From the NCBI GenBank assembly GCA_944389545.1, contig CALXMT010000004.1, positions 8,201-72,200 of the forward strand: a stretch of 64,000 nucleotides of DNA. Reading direction: 5' to 3'. The stretch comes from an uncultured Kiritimatiellota bacterium. Its GTDB lineage: Bacteria > Verrucomicrobiota > Kiritimatiellia > RFP12 > DVOR01. The stretch's first letter is position 1. Each line of letters begins with the position of its first letter. The translations under genes and the position numbers were made by a program. Shown in pieces: positions 49,483-59,640 of the stretch. The notes under the pieces were generated by a model that was not told the DNA's origin, searched no databases, and saw nothing but the letters and a program-made list of their open reading frames with translations.

Positions 49483-50367
49483 TCACCGATAGACCAGGAA
49501 ATTGCGCAGGAAGAGGATCTCCACGCGCACGAACAGGAAAAACACCGAGATCACGAGCAGGCACAGCCCGAGGGCGTACATGACGAACGCGAAGGGGTTC
49601 GTCTCGCGCGCCACCACCTCCTTCGTCCAACGGTCCACGTACACCGTCTCCGTCGATTCGCCGATCGCGCCGGCGATCCCGCACAGGGCGCAACAGGCGC
49701 CGAAGGTCTTCGTCATCAGCGCGTCCACGGGATTCGGGTTCAGCGCCACCGCCGTCGGCGTCAGGCTAAAGAGCAGGAAGAGCGCCATCGGCACCAAGAT
49801 CGCCACGGCGAACTGCGGCGCGTAGGCCGAGGCGATCCCCGCGGCGACCAACCCGCCGATGACCAGCCCCTTGCCCACGCACCCCGCGTGCCACAGCATG
49901 CACACGCGCCGCAACCCCATCCCCGCGCATTCGGAAAGCGCGTTCAGCCGCCCCGCCAGCGCCGGGTCCGTCGGCAAGTCCTTGCGGCACGCCGCCAACG
50001 CCTCACATGCGAAATAGACGTCCGCCTGATGCAAGAAGAGCCCGTCCGCGTCGCGCTCCGCCGCCTCGATCACGGCGCACCGGGCCTCCGCCGCGCGCCG
50101 TTCTTCCTCCGTCATCGCCTCGGGCAGGCCGGCCTTGCGCCGCGCCTCCGCGTTGGCCGCCGCGTCGATCGGCCTCAGCGCCCGGCGCTTGAGCGCCTCC
50201 ATCGCCAACACCGCCAGCGCCCACACGGCCGAAAGGGTATACGTCACAATCAGCGCCAGCGTGAACCGGTCGGCCACCTCTTCCATGGGCGAGGGCGGCT
50301 CCACGCCCGCCGCTGACGCGGCGCCGGCCAACAGGCACACCGTTACGGACAAAAGCTTCTTCCTCAT
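49483..50367 (-). CDS. Membrane protein, 294 aa, unknown function
   Basis: A signal/anchor 'MRKKLLSVTVCLLAGAASAAG' and several TM helices. The stop is 8 nt from the next start. Confidence 0.6.
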   Translation of the reverse strand: MRKKLLSVTVCLLAGAASAAGVEPPSPMEEVADRFTLALIVTYTLSAVWALAVLAMEALKRRALRPIDAAANAEARRKAGLPEAMTEEERRAAEARCAVIEAAERDADGLFLHQADVYFACEALAACRKDLPTDPALAGRLNALSECAGMGLRRVCMLWHAGCVGKGLVIGGLVAAGIASAYAPQFAVAILVPMALFLLFSLTPTAVALNPNPVDALMTKTFGACCALCGIAGAIGESTETVYVDRWTKEVVARETNPFAFVMYALGLCLLVISVFFLFVRVEILFLRNFLVYR

Positions 50368-50457
50368 CGCGAATACCCTCTCTCGTTTGCGGGCCGGGCT
50401 CCCGGGCGGGGCGCGCGGAGGTACACGGGCCGCCGCGCCCCATCCCGGGAGAAAGGG

Positions 50458-50862
50458 TCACTTGACGTACTTGACCGCGTCGCCGCGGATGACGGTGGTC
50501 ACCGTATTGACGATGCCCAGGAGGTTCTTGTTGGCGTAATCGACCTCCAGATTGACGATGTCGTCGGCGTCGACGCCGCGGAGCGCCTGGGCCTTGAGGG
50601 TGGCGTAGGAGGCATCGCCCTGGGAGATGAGCGCCAGGAAGTTCGTGGTCGTGGCCTCGGCGGTGACGGGCTTGACGACGACGTACTTGCGGGCGGCCGC
50701 GTCCGGGCGGGGCTGGACCTGCGTGCAGCCCTTCATGTCGGAGAACAGGATGCCCGGGGGCACCGTGGCGAAACCTTCCTGGGTGGTGACGACCTTCCCG
50801 GCGCAGCCGGCGAGGAAGAGACCGGCGATTGCGAGCGTCGCGAGGCTGGTGGCATGTTTCAT
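50458..50862 (-). CDS. TRL-like lipoprotein, 134 aa
   Basis: Starts at 'MKHATSLATLAIAGLFLAGC' (lipobox). 'GILFSDMKG...NFLALISQGDASYATLKAQAL..DADDIVNLEVDYANKNLLGI' resembles TRL-domain lipoproteins. Confidence 0.6.
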   Translation of the reverse strand: MKHATSLATLAIAGLFLAGCAGKVVTTQEGFATVPPGILFSDMKGCTQVQPRPDAAARKYVVVKPVTAEATTTNFLALISQGDASYATLKAQALRGVDADDIVNLEVDYANKNLLGIVNTVTTVIRGDAVKYVK

Positions 50863-51063
50863 GGGGTGGTTTTCCTTGATTGGGTTTCCGAAACGCCCGC
50901 CACGCGGCGGGAGGAAGCGCTGATGGAAGGGCAGGCGCCGCCCGCCGCGGCACAACCTCCGCGGGGGGATTCTCGGTAACCGTCTCTCAAGGTCCATGCC
51001 GGGCCGTCCTTCCGTCTCCTTCACGAAAGCACGCGACAAAATAAGGCGTGCCTCCACCTACTT

Positions 51064-51182
51064 CCTCATGGGGGCCGACCAAAGCCTTTGCACGGAAATA
51101 GTAAGGGAGACACGCCAAGGGGTACCCGGCGCGCTCCGCTGTACCTCCCGCCCGTGCGAGGATATTGATCGTTCCCATGAGG
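51064..51182 (-). other. Possible structured leader upstream of the lipoprotein/kinase cluster
   Basis: Four nested complementary pairs: 51064-72 with 51174-82 (9 bp), 51090-95 with 51152-57, 51105-09 with 51145-49, and 51121-25 with 51141-45. This is non-repeat DNA. The strand is assigned only by context. Confidence 0.3.
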
Positions 51183-51289
51183 GCGAGATTGGTACGCGTC
51201 GAAGCGTAATCTGTTGTCCGCCGCGGGGTGTCTTGTCCGAACCGAACCGGCCAAGGCATCCCACGAAAGACACGCATAGGCTACCATAA

Positions 51290-51664
51290 CCTCCTACTCC
51301 ACGTCAAGCCGCCCGCGCAGGGTCGGGTTCTTCGTGTTCTTAGCCGTGGAAGGTTTGGCCCTTTGGGCCTGCACGGTGATAGCCGCGCAGCGTTCGGTCT
51401 CATCGCCGCCAGGGGCGGCGGCCCGGGCTTCAACCTCTGTGGCTCCTCCAAGCCTCCAAGCTTCCAAACTTCTAAACTTCCATTGCGCAGTCAGCGTGCG
51501 CTAGCACGCCCTTAATCTGCTCAAAATCTGCGCAATCTGCGGTTCCCCACGCTGGCAGTCTTTTCAGTAGCCGCTTTCATCGTCGCCGGAGGCGACAGCC
51601 CGGGCCTCAACCTCTGGGGCTCCTCCAAGCCTCCAAACCTCTAAGCTTCCAAACTTCCCTCTCC
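51290..51664. repeat. Mosaic intergenic repeat array
   Basis: Includes the 147-bp unit 51339-51485 (a copy of 14968-15114) and a related partial copy at about 51565-51660. Confidence 0.9.
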
Positions 51665-53833
51665 TCAGTCGTCCAGGCGGTGGACGCGGTCTTCTTCGTC
51701 GCGGTTGAGGACTTCGACGAAGGGGCGTTTGCCGCGGACGAAGAGGCCGTGGACGGCATCGGTGCCGCAGCGGGCGATGACGTCTTGGATGAGGCGGATC
51801 ATCGGGCGGGTGATGCGCAGGCCGGGGATGAAGACGGGGATGCCGGGCGGGTAGGGGACGAGGAGCTGGCTGGCGATGCGGCCTTCGCTCTGCGTGAGGG
51901 GGACGAGTTCGCCATCGCAGAGGGCGGCGTCGCGGGGGAGGACGACGGGCTGGCCGGCGACGGCGCTTTCGAGGGTCTCGGCGTCGGCGGGGGGATGTTC
52001 GGGGCGGCCGATGGCGTCGCGCATCTGGCGGATGCAACGAAAGAGGTATTCGAAGTGCTCGCGCACGGTGCCGACGGTGATGAGGAAGAGGACGGTGACG
52101 GCGGTGGCCTTTTCCCACTGGATGTGGGAGCGGTGGAGCAACTTGCGGAAGGCGTCGCAGGAGGCGGGGTCGCGGAAGGAGAGAATCATCTTCAGCGGGT
52201 CGTGGAAGTAGCCGCGTTCCTTCCACTTGGGGTCGTCGCCGACGATGGCGCGCAGGCCCACGAAGCATTCGTGGATGGGGCGGCCGACGAGCGTGGCGAC
52301 GCGTTGCTGGAAGTCGGCCACCCAGTGGAGGCGTTCCTCGATGAGGCGGAGGCCCTCCAGGCGCATCTGCACACCCGCGATGTCGAGCGTCGCGAGGGTG
52401 GGGTAGTGCGGCGAGGTGGAGTGCCAGTAGCGGAGCATCTCGTGGAGGTCGTGGGAGAACTTTTCGTAGGAGCCGTGGCCGTGGAGGTGGAAGCGGCGGC
52501 GGAGCCAGCGGAAGGGCTTGGAGGCGTCGGTCTCCAGGAGGGCCTTGAAGCGGTTGGAGACGTGGATCATCGAGGCCTGGGAGAAGGCGGCCAGCGCCTT
52601 GTGCGTGGACTGCACGGAGAGGTGGGCGCCGCCGATTTCGGAGACGGCGTTGTAGCGGCGGACGGCGCCGCCCTCGAGGGTGCGCGTGTAGTAAGGGTGG
52701 AAGGCGAGGTAGGGCGCCCAGGCTTCGTCGGCGTAGAAGAGGAGGCCGGCCTGCTCGCAGAGGCGGCCGATTTCCCAGACGGGATAGAGGATGCCTTCGT
52801 AGGTGCAGGTGGTGATGACGAGCATCTTCGGGCGCCGGGCTTCGGGGAGGGCGACGGCGCGGTCGAGCTCGGCGCGCAGGTCGTCCAGGTCCACGGGGCC
52901 CCAGACGCCGAGGCGGGCGTTGAAGCGGGCGGGCAGATAGCGCGGCACGGCGCCGGCCATGACCACGGCGTGGTGGACGGATTTGTGGCAGTTGCGGTCG
53001 AGGAGCACGACTTCGCCGGGGCGCAGGAGGGTCATCAGCATGGCCTTGTTGGAGGTGCTGGTGCCGTTGGTGACGAAGCAGCTCTGCGCGGAGCCGAAGA
53101 TCTCGGAGGAGAGGCGCTGGGCCTGGGAGAGCGGCGAGTGGCCCTCGGGGTCGGAGAGGTCCCCCAGCGATTCCACCGAGACGGAGAGGTCCGTGCGGAA
53201 GATCATGGAGGAGAAGGCGTCGTGGAAGCCGTGGAGGAAGGGGGAGCGCTCGAAGGCGTTGCCGTTGTTGTGGCCCGGGGTGTGCCAGGCGGTGCCGGCG
53301 CGCCGGCGGACATACTGCCGCAGGGCGTCCCAGAAGCGCGGCAGCCAGAAGGCCGCGAAGAGGTGGCCCAGGCGTTCGCGGTGGCGCATGGGGTTGGCCA
53401 GCACGGAGAAGGGTTTCTGCGACCAACGGCGGCTGGGCAGGTGGAGCTTGGCGTGGCCCGGGCGCGTGATGAGCACCTTGGGGATGGCGGGGAAGTAGGT
53501 CAGGAACCACGTGGGAATGGGGAGGCCGTCGATGGCGTGGTCGAAGAGGGGCCGCCCGCCCAGCTCGTCGTCCAACAGGAAGAGGCAGCACCCGCACCCG
53601 GCCTCGGAGAGGATGTGGCGGTCGTCCTGTGCGCCGAAGAGCGCGGCGTCCAACTCCTGCGGCGTGCGCACGGCCACCAGCCGCAACCCGGGATAGTCCA
53701 GCGGGTCCTCAAAGGTGAAATGCTCGCGGCAAAAGGCCTGAAAGAGGTCGGAAAGACCGTACTCCAGCTCCTGCAGGAAGTCCGGCGTCGCCTCGGCCGC
53801 GTCCGTGAGATAAAAGACGGTTTGCGCCTCCAC
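51665..53833 (-). CDS. Orn/Lys/Arg decarboxylase family PLP enzyme (large, fold type I)
   Basis: 'WHTPGHNNGNAF', 'CFVTNGTSTSNKAMLMTLLRPGEVVLLDRNCHKSVHHA' and 'SVQSTHKALAAFSQASMIHV' (PLP lysine). It also has N-terminal wing and C-terminal domains. A GTG start is inferred. Confidence 0.8.
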   Translation of the reverse strand: MEAQTVFYLTDAAEATPDFLQELEYGLSDLFQAFCREHFTFEDPLDYPGLRLVAVRTPQELDAALFGAQDDRHILSEAGCGCCLFLLDDELGGRPLFDHAIDGLPIPTWFLTYFPAIPKVLITRPGHAKLHLPSRRWSQKPFSVLANPMRHRERLGHLFAAFWLPRFWDALRQYVRRRAGTAWHTPGHNNGNAFERSPFLHGFHDAFSSMIFRTDLSVSVESLGDLSDPEGHSPLSQAQRLSSEIFGSAQSCFVTNGTSTSNKAMLMTLLRPGEVVLLDRNCHKSVHHAVVMAGAVPRYLPARFNARLGVWGPVDLDDLRAELDRAVALPEARRPKMLVITTCTYEGILYPVWEIGRLCEQAGLLFYADEAWAPYLAFHPYYTRTLEGGAVRRYNAVSEIGGAHLSVQSTHKALAAFSQASMIHVSNRFKALLETDASKPFRWLRRRFHLHGHGSYEKFSHDLHEMLRYWHSTSPHYPTLATLDIAGVQMRLEGLRLIEERLHWVADFQQRVATLVGRPIHECFVGLRAIVGDDPKWKERGYFHDPLKMILSFRDPASCDAFRKLLHRSHIQWEKATAVTVLFLITVGTVREHFEYLFRCIRQMRDAIGRPEHPPADAETLESAVAGQPVVLPRDAALCDGELVPLTQSEGRIASQLLVPYPPGIPVFIPGLRITRPMIRLIQDVIARCGTDAVHGLFVRGKRPFVEVLNRDEEDRVHRLDD

Positions 53834-53857
53834 ACGTGCCCCCGGTCAAAAAGAAGC

Positions 53858-53897
53858 AAAAAAAGGGCCCACGCCCCAAAGCATGGGGTCGCGGGCC
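53858..53897 (-). terminator. Imperfect hairpin plus U-run after the ferredoxin gene
   Basis: The minus strand reads GGCCCGCGACCCC-ATGCTTT-GGGGCGTGGGCCC followed by TTTTTTT. It sits only ~24 nt from the decarboxylase start, so it may act as an attenuator rather than a full stop. Confidence 0.4.
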
Positions 53898-53919
53898 GTT
53901 TCGATGGTGCCCATCGCGG

Positions 53920-54144
<225 letters not shown>

Positions 54145-54184
54145 TTAAGATACCACTTTCCTTGTGCCTTTGGCGAGTCTAAAT

Positions 54185-54460
54185 GAAGGGCGCCTACGGC
54201 GCCCTTCCCCTGCCGGGGCGTGGGGCAGCGCCCCATACCTTCCAATCAGCCAAATCCTTTGTGTCCTTCGTGTCCTTTGTGATAAGAATATACTGGCAGT
54301 CTTCGTGTGTCTTCGTGGTTCTTTGTGCCTCTTCGTGTCAGCCCCGCAGGGCAAACCTTCCACACGCTCCCAGCGGTTTCATTCGTCGCGCTCCGTTCTC
54401 CGTTCTCCGTTCTCCGTCCCCGGGGCGGCGATGCCGCGCCGGGGACTTCCTAACAGAGAA
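54185..54460. repeat. Mosaic intergenic repeat array
   Basis: Its module order ('cctgccggggcgtggggcagcgcccca..ccaatc..cctttgtgtccttcgtgtcc..ctggcagtc..cttcgtg..') parallels 11975-12300. Confidence 0.85.
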
Positions 54461-54503
54461 CTAACCCGCAAAGATGCGACGATGCGGTATCATAAAGGGA
54501 CTT

Positions 54504-55451
54504 ATGGAACAGGATGCGACAGAGAAGTTGGCACTCATTGATGTGGGCTCGAACACCATCCGCACCGTGGTCTACGGACGGCGCGGCAACCGCGCGCGCA
54601 AACTCTACAGCGAGCGCGACTACACGGGCCTCATCGCCTATGTCTCCAATGGACGCCTCACCGAAGAGGGCGTGGCCAAGCTTTGCGCCACCATGGCCCA
54701 CATGAAGCGCTTCTGCGCGTTGTGCCGGTGCGAGAGCGTGACGGCCTTCTCCACCGCCTCCCTGCGCGGCATCACCAACCGCGCCGAGACCGTCGAGGCC
54801 GTCCGCAAGCTCACGGGCTTGGACATCGTGCCGCTCACGGCAGAAGAGGAGATGGCGTGCGACTGCGCGGCGCTCAAGCGCACTGGCCTGAAAGAGGGCT
54901 TCGCCTTCGACCTCGGCGGCGGCAGCTGCCAGGTCTTCCGCTTCGGCGAGAACGGCTTGGGCGAGGGCGCCTCGCTCCCCTTCGGGTGCCTGACGCTGGG
55001 CGAACACTTTGTGCGCCGCGGGCTCTTCCCCGACCGCGAGGAGGCGCGCGCCATGCGCCGCTACGTCCGCGGCACGCTGGATGAGTATCTCCCCGGCTTC
55101 GTGGGCGTCAAGCCGCCCGTGATCCACGCGATGGGCGGCACCGCCCGCGCCGTCGCCAAGGTCCTGCGCGCCACCGGTCAGGCCGAGGCCGACGGCGAGT
55201 GCCTCTGCATCCCCCGCGAGGCGTTGCGCGACCTGTTGCGCGACGCCCGCAAGAACGAGGGCAAGATGGTGGCCCTGCTACGCCGCGTCATCCCCGGGCG
55301 CATGTCCACCCTGCTCCCCGGCATCCTGGCCATGGAGACCATCGCCCGCCACCTGGAGTGCGAAACCATCGAAGTGACGCCCACCGGCGTCCGGGAAGGA
55401 TTCCTATGGACGAAACTGTTACCTACGGCTGCACCGTCAACCGCGAACTGA
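54504..55451 (+). CDS. ppx: Ppx/GppA-family phosphatase (exopolyphosphatase-like)
   Basis: 'LALIDVGSNTIRTVVY', 'TASLRGITN' and 'AFDLGGGSCQ' match the family. It overlaps the ppk1 start. Confidence 0.8.
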   Translation: MEQDATEKLALIDVGSNTIRTVVYGRRGNRARKLYSERDYTGLIAYVSNGRLTEEGVAKLCATMAHMKRFCALCRCESVTAFSTASLRGITNRAETVEAVRKLTGLDIVPLTAEEEMACDCAALKRTGLKEGFAFDLGGGSCQVFRFGENGLGEGASLPFGCLTLGEHFVRRGLFPDREEARAMRRYVRGTLDEYLPGFVGVKPPVIHAMGGTARAVAKVLRATGQAEADGECLCIPREALRDLLRDARKNEGKMVALLRRVIPGRMSTLLPGILAMETIARHLECETIEVTPTGVREGFLWTKLLPTAAPSTAN

Positions 55452-57517
55452 GCTGGCTCGCCTTCAACCGCCGCGTCCTCGAAGAGGCCGCCCTCGAGAG
55501 CCGTCCGCCGCTCGACCGCCTCACCTTCCTGGGCATCTTCATCTCCAACCTCGACGAGTTCTACCGCGTCCGTGTCGGCTCGTTGCTCGACCAGTCCGCG
55601 CTGGAGCCGCCGCCGATTGACGACAAGACCGGCTGGACCCCCGCCCAGCAGCTCGCCGCCGTCCTGCGCGAGGCCAACAAACTGGTCGACGAGGCCGGCG
55701 AAATCGTCTCGCGCATCCGCGCCGACCTCGCCCGCGCCGGCGTGGCCTTTGAGCGCCCCGAGACGTTGGACGGCCCCCGTGCCGCCGCGATGGCCCGCTT
55801 CTATAAAGAGGAGCTCAAGCCCCTCCTCTCCCCCCTCACCATCGACTCCCACCACCCCTTCCCCTTCATCCGCGACCGCGAGGAGGCCGTCGTCTGCCGC
55901 CTGGGCAAGCGCACGCTCGGCGTCATCCTGCTGGGCCGCCTGCCCCGCCTGAAGGTCTTCTCCGACGAGGCCGGCCACTGGGTCCTGCACACCTCCGCTG
56001 TCGTCCGCTTCTTCGCGCCCAAACTCTACGGCCACCAAGACCCCAGCGAGTGCGTTGTCTGCCGCGTCACCCGCAATGCCGACCTCACCGTTGAGGAGAG
56101 CGAGGGCGAGACCGACTTCCGCGGCGCCATGCGCGACTTCGTCCGCCGCCGCAAAAAACTCGCCCCCGTCCGCCTGCAGTTCGCCCAGCAGCCCTCCAAG
56201 GAACTCGAGGCCCTCCTGCGCGACCGTCTCAACCTAGCCGACACCGTCCAGTCTCGCGCCCAGGCCCTGCCGCTCGACCCCGCCTTCGCCTTCACCCTCG
56301 CCAAGGCCCTCCCGCCCGAGCTGGTCAAGACCCTCTCCGCGCCCACCCGCAAGCCCGCCGCCGTCGCCTGGGCGCAGGGCGACATCGCCGCCCGCGTCGC
56401 CGAGCACGACCGCCTGCTCCACTTCCCCTTCGAGAGCATCAACCCCTTCGTGAAGCTCCTCGAGCAGGCCGCCGACGACCCCAAGGTCTCCGCCATCCGC
56501 ATCACCCTCTATCGCCTCTCCTCCAACAGCCGCATCGCCCAGGCCCTCGCCCGCGCCGCCGAGAACGGCAAGGACGTCCTCTGCGTCCTCGAGCTTCGCG
56601 CCCGCTTCGACGAGGAGAACAACATCAACTACTCCGAGATGCTCCAGGACGCCGGCTGCACCGTCATCTACGGCCTCCCCGGTTACAAGGTCCACGCCAA
56701 GGTCTGCCTCATCCTCTACAACGACGGCGGCGACGAACCCCGCACCCTCACCCAGATCGGCACCGGCAACTACAACGAAAAGACCGCCGGCCTCTACACC
56801 GACCTTTCCTACCTCACCTCCGACCCCACCATCGGCCGCGACGCCATCCGCCTCTTTCGCGCCCTCTGCTTGGGCGACCCCGAGGTCGAGAGCGACGCCC
56901 TCTGGGTGGCGCCCAAGTCCTTCTTGCCGCGTCTCCTCGCCCAGCTCGACCAGGAGATTGCCGAGGCCCGCGCCGGCCGCCCGGCCTACGCCTTCCTCAA
57001 GGTCAACTCCCTCAACAACATGCCCCTCATCCGCAAGTTGATCGAGGCCTCCCAGGCCGGCGTCACCGTCGACCTCCACGTCCGCGGCATCTGTTGCATC
57101 CGCCCCGGCATCCCCGGCAAGACCGACCGCCTGACCATCCGTTCCATCGTCGGCGACAGCCTCGAGCACACCCGTCTGCTCTGCTTCGGCGCCCCCGGCC
57201 GCGAACGTCTCTTCATCGGCTCCGGCGACTTCCTCAACCGCAACCTCAACCGCCGTGTCGAGGTCTATACGCCCATCCTCGACCCCGACTGCCGCAAGGA
57301 CCTCCTCAAGGTCATCGACATCCTCCGCGCCGACGACGCCAAGGCCCGCCGCATGGCCCCCGACGGCACCTACGCCCTTCCGCCCCCGAGCGACAAATCC
57401 CTCTCTTCGCAGGACGCCCTCCGCCAGCGCTACGCCGACCTCAACGCCCATCCCATCCCCCCGCCCGACGCCCGCAAGCCCGGCCTCCTCTCCCGCCTCC
57501 TCCACTGGTGGCGCTAA
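55406..57517 (+). CDS. ppk1: Polyphosphate kinase 1
   Basis: 'NRELSWLAFNRRVLEEA', 'FLGIFISNLDEFYRVRV', 'YKVHAKVCLI' and 'IGTGNYNEKTA' match PPK1, and the C-terminal PLD-like domains are present. The start is taken at 'MDETVTYG'. Confidence 0.9.
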   Translation: MDETVTYGCTVNRELSWLAFNRRVLEEAALESRPPLDRLTFLGIFISNLDEFYRVRVGSLLDQSALEPPPIDDKTGWTPAQQLAAVLREANKLVDEAGEIVSRIRADLARAGVAFERPETLDGPRAAAMARFYKEELKPLLSPLTIDSHHPFPFIRDREEAVVCRLGKRTLGVILLGRLPRLKVFSDEAGHWVLHTSAVVRFFAPKLYGHQDPSECVVCRVTRNADLTVEESEGETDFRGAMRDFVRRRKKLAPVRLQFAQQPSKELEALLRDRLNLADTVQSRAQALPLDPAFAFTLAKALPPELVKTLSAPTRKPAAVAWAQGDIAARVAEHDRLLHFPFESINPFVKLLEQAADDPKVSAIRITLYRLSSNSRIAQALARAAENGKDVLCVLELRARFDEENNINYSEMLQDAGCTVIYGLPGYKVHAKVCLILYNDGGDEPRTLTQIGTGNYNEKTAGLYTDLSYLTSDPTIGRDAIRLFRALCLGDPEVESDALWVAPKSFLPRLLAQLDQEIAEARAGRPAYAFLKVNSLNNMPLIRKLIEASQAGVTVDLHVRGICCIRPGIPGKTDRLTIRSIVGDSLEHTRLLCFGAPGRERLFIGSGDFLNRNLNRRVEVYTPILDPDCRKDLLKVIDILRADDAKARRMAPDGTYALPPPSDKSLSSQDALRQRYADLNAHPIPPPDARKPGLLSRLLHWWR

Positions 57518-57712
57518 CGCGCCCCGCTGATTGGCTGATTGGCTGATTCGCTGATGGCCGTGGAAGGTTTGGCGCTTTGCGCCTGCACGGGCTGATTGGA
57601 AGGGGCGCTGACGCGCCCCTATTTCCCCAAAGCGTGGCGTGCGAAGCCCGCCATGCCCCTACAGGCCCCCCGGGCCGGACGTGCGCCTTGCGCGCACGCA
57701 CGGCCCGCCCTC
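57511..57712 (+). repeat. Left copy of the ~202-bp direct repeat bracketing the ImmA/PIN module
   Basis: Aligns with 59641-59842, with about 8 mismatches by eye. It is composed of a hairpin, (CTGATTSG)x3, the 'ccgtggaaggtttggcgc..' module, a GGGGCGC-TGAC-GCGCCCC hairpin and the 85-nt element. It begins within the last codons of ppk1. Confidence 0.9.
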
Positions 57713-57949
57713 TGCGGCGCCGCCTTCCTTTGTGTTCATTGTGGTTCCTTGTGCGCTTTGTGGTAAAACACACTGGCAGTCCTGCCGGCGGTAGCCGGCC
57801 CCAAATCTGCCAAAATCTGCGGAATCTGCGGTTTCCCACGCTGGCAGTCCTGCCGGCGGAAGCCGGCCCCTAATCGGCTTCAATCTGCGTAATCGGCGGT
57901 TTCCTCTGCAGTTTCCTTCTGCTGCGTGCTTTCTGTTCGCCAGTGCACG
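57713..57949. repeat. Mosaic repeat array
   Basis: Contains CTTTGTG tandems, GCCGGC-GGTA-GCCGGC hairpins and AATCTGC tandems. Confidence 0.8.
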
Positions 57950-58489
57950 TCATTGCGCCGCACGACGTTCTGCCTCTTTCAGCGCGGCTTCGACGGCGGC
58001 CGCGGCAGTGTCCGAGAACCAAGGATTGTTGGTGCGCTCGCTGTCTAGGAGACGATAGGCAAGACTCGATGGCAAAGCACCACTGGCAACGGCTTCAATC
58101 ACCGGCTTAAAGAGTCGCATTGCCTCGAGGCCTTCCTCACACGCAGCATCGTAAAGCGGGCCATCGCTCGTCCAGAGTATCATCCCACGGGCCTTGGCGA
58201 GGCAAAGCTGTGCGGCATCTGTCTCGGACAGGGCGCGCCGGCGCGCACACACCGCGTTGATCTCCGCCTCCAGGAAAAGATTATCGACTGTCCTAAGGAC
58301 GGCAACGGTCGGCAACGCTGCAGTCGCTTCGCCCCATTCCGCGGCCAACTCGTCAAAGACTCGGTCAATCATGCAGAGCTCGACGCCAAGCGTCTTCACG
58401 AGAACATCAAGAATACCCACTAAGTCCGCCTTAAGGAGGGCGTCAAGGATGTTCGTGTCGGAGAGGAGAATGCGTGTTTTGTCAGGCAC
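57950..58489 (-). CDS. PIN-like domain protein, putative toxin/nuclease
   Basis: 'ILLSDTNILDALLKADLVGILDVLV' (first acidic residue), 'DRVFDEL' and 'SETDAAQLCLAKARGMILWTSDG' fit a PIN/DUF3368-like pattern. A GTG start at 58489 overlaps the upstream stop by 8 nt; an alternative GTG lies at 58513. Confidence 0.55.
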   Translation of the reverse strand: MPDKTRILLSDTNILDALLKADLVGILDVLVKTLGVELCMIDRVFDELAAEWGEATAALPTVAVLRTVDNLFLEAEINAVCARRRALSETDAAQLCLAKARGMILWTSDGPLYDAACEEGLEAMRLFKPVIEAVASGALPSSLAYRLLDSERTNNPWFSDTAAAAVEAALKEAERRAAQ

Positions 58490-59582
58490 GAAAATCCCCC
58501 CTCGGCATCTCACGCAAGCGTTTCATGACAGAGAGGACGGGCTCCCCATAGAGTTCAGCCAAGCGCGAGACGGAAATCTTCCGTTGCCGGCAGGCGCAAA
58601 GCGCCAGCGTCTTGAAACGGTCACCCTCGAACTCAAAGTAGAGGGAACGCGGCTCATTCTCACGGGTGTTCGGCATACCGCGCCACTTGGCCTCCGCGTT
58701 GAACGCCCTCATGAGTCGCTCACGTTCATCGGCTCCTAAGCGCTTCGTGACCCGATAGAGAACGGTGTCGGCACGAACATGGAAATCTCGCTTGACGGCA
58801 ATCACGCGCTCAAAGTAAGGAAGATGGGCACAATCCTCCCAGCGCGCGGCGAAGGCAGCCTCCGGCATGAGGAGCTCAGAAGCGAAATCGTTGGCATCGC
58901 CTTCCTCCTGCTCCCGCTTCTTATACCGCTTTCCGGCGGTTCCCAAGAGGATGTGCCCGAGTTCATGCGCGGCAAGCCAAAGCTTACGCTCGGCCGGAAC
59001 AATGGGGTCTCCGTTCACCGCAATCACCCATCCACACCGTGGGTCTGAGAAAGAGAACCCGAAGGTCTCCGGGTCTGGGAATCGGCGGACATAGACCTTG
59101 ATGCCATGCGCGGCCAACGTGCTTGGGAAGGATTCCGGCGTGAACCCCCCACCCGCCCAGAAGGTGGCGCGAATCTTGCGCGCGGCATCCTTCGGAGAAA
59201 GCGCGCGCACGTCCGGGAGACCTCCGGCCGGCTCCTCACCAAGTGTCTTCTCCAGCCATCGATAATCCTCGGCCCAACGCACCGCGTCACGAATGGTCTC
59301 ACGTTGCAAGGCCTGCAAGCGCCGCGTCTCATGTCGATTCTCATGAAACGCGACCTCCGGAACGGCAAGTGACTCAAACAGTCGAGACATCGGAATGCCA
59401 TAGTGGCGACACAGGCGGAGCACCCATTCGCCACTCGGTTCGGTCTTGCCGGCCTCCGCACGTGCATAGGCGTTCTTGGTCACCCCGGCAATCGCCGCGG
59501 CATCCGCCTGAGAAAGCGCGTGCATCTCGCGATAGTGGCGCAAGGAGACCGCCACCAACTCAAGCTTCTCTGAATCTACCAT
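58482..59582 (-). CDS. XRE-type HTH fused to an ImmA/IrrE-family zinc metallopeptidase
   Basis: The HTH is 'LRHYREMHALSQADAAAIAGVTKNAYARAEAG'. The HEXXH motif is 'LAAHELGHILLG...FASELLMPEAAF' (DUF955-like). The start is taken at 'MVDSEKLE'. The upstream extension to 59831 is repeat DNA. Confidence 0.8.
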   Translation of the reverse strand: MVDSEKLELVAVSLRHYREMHALSQADAAAIAGVTKNAYARAEAGKTEPSGEWVLRLCRHYGIPMSRLFESLAVPEVAFHENRHETRRLQALQRETIRDAVRWAEDYRWLEKTLGEEPAGGLPDVRALSPKDAARKIRATFWAGGGFTPESFPSTLAAHGIKVYVRRFPDPETFGFSFSDPRCGWVIAVNGDPIVPAERKLWLAAHELGHILLGTAGKRYKKREQEEGDANDFASELLMPEAAFAARWEDCAHLPYFERVIAVKRDFHVRADTVLYRVTKRLGADERERLMRAFNAEAKWRGMPNTRENEPRSLYFEFEGDRFKTLALCACRQRKISVSRLAELYGEPVLSVMKRLREMPRGDFRA

Positions 59583-59640
59583 CGTATCCTCCTTTCTTCT
59601 TTCAGTGTACCAAAACGGCACACCAGAAGCAATAACAGGG

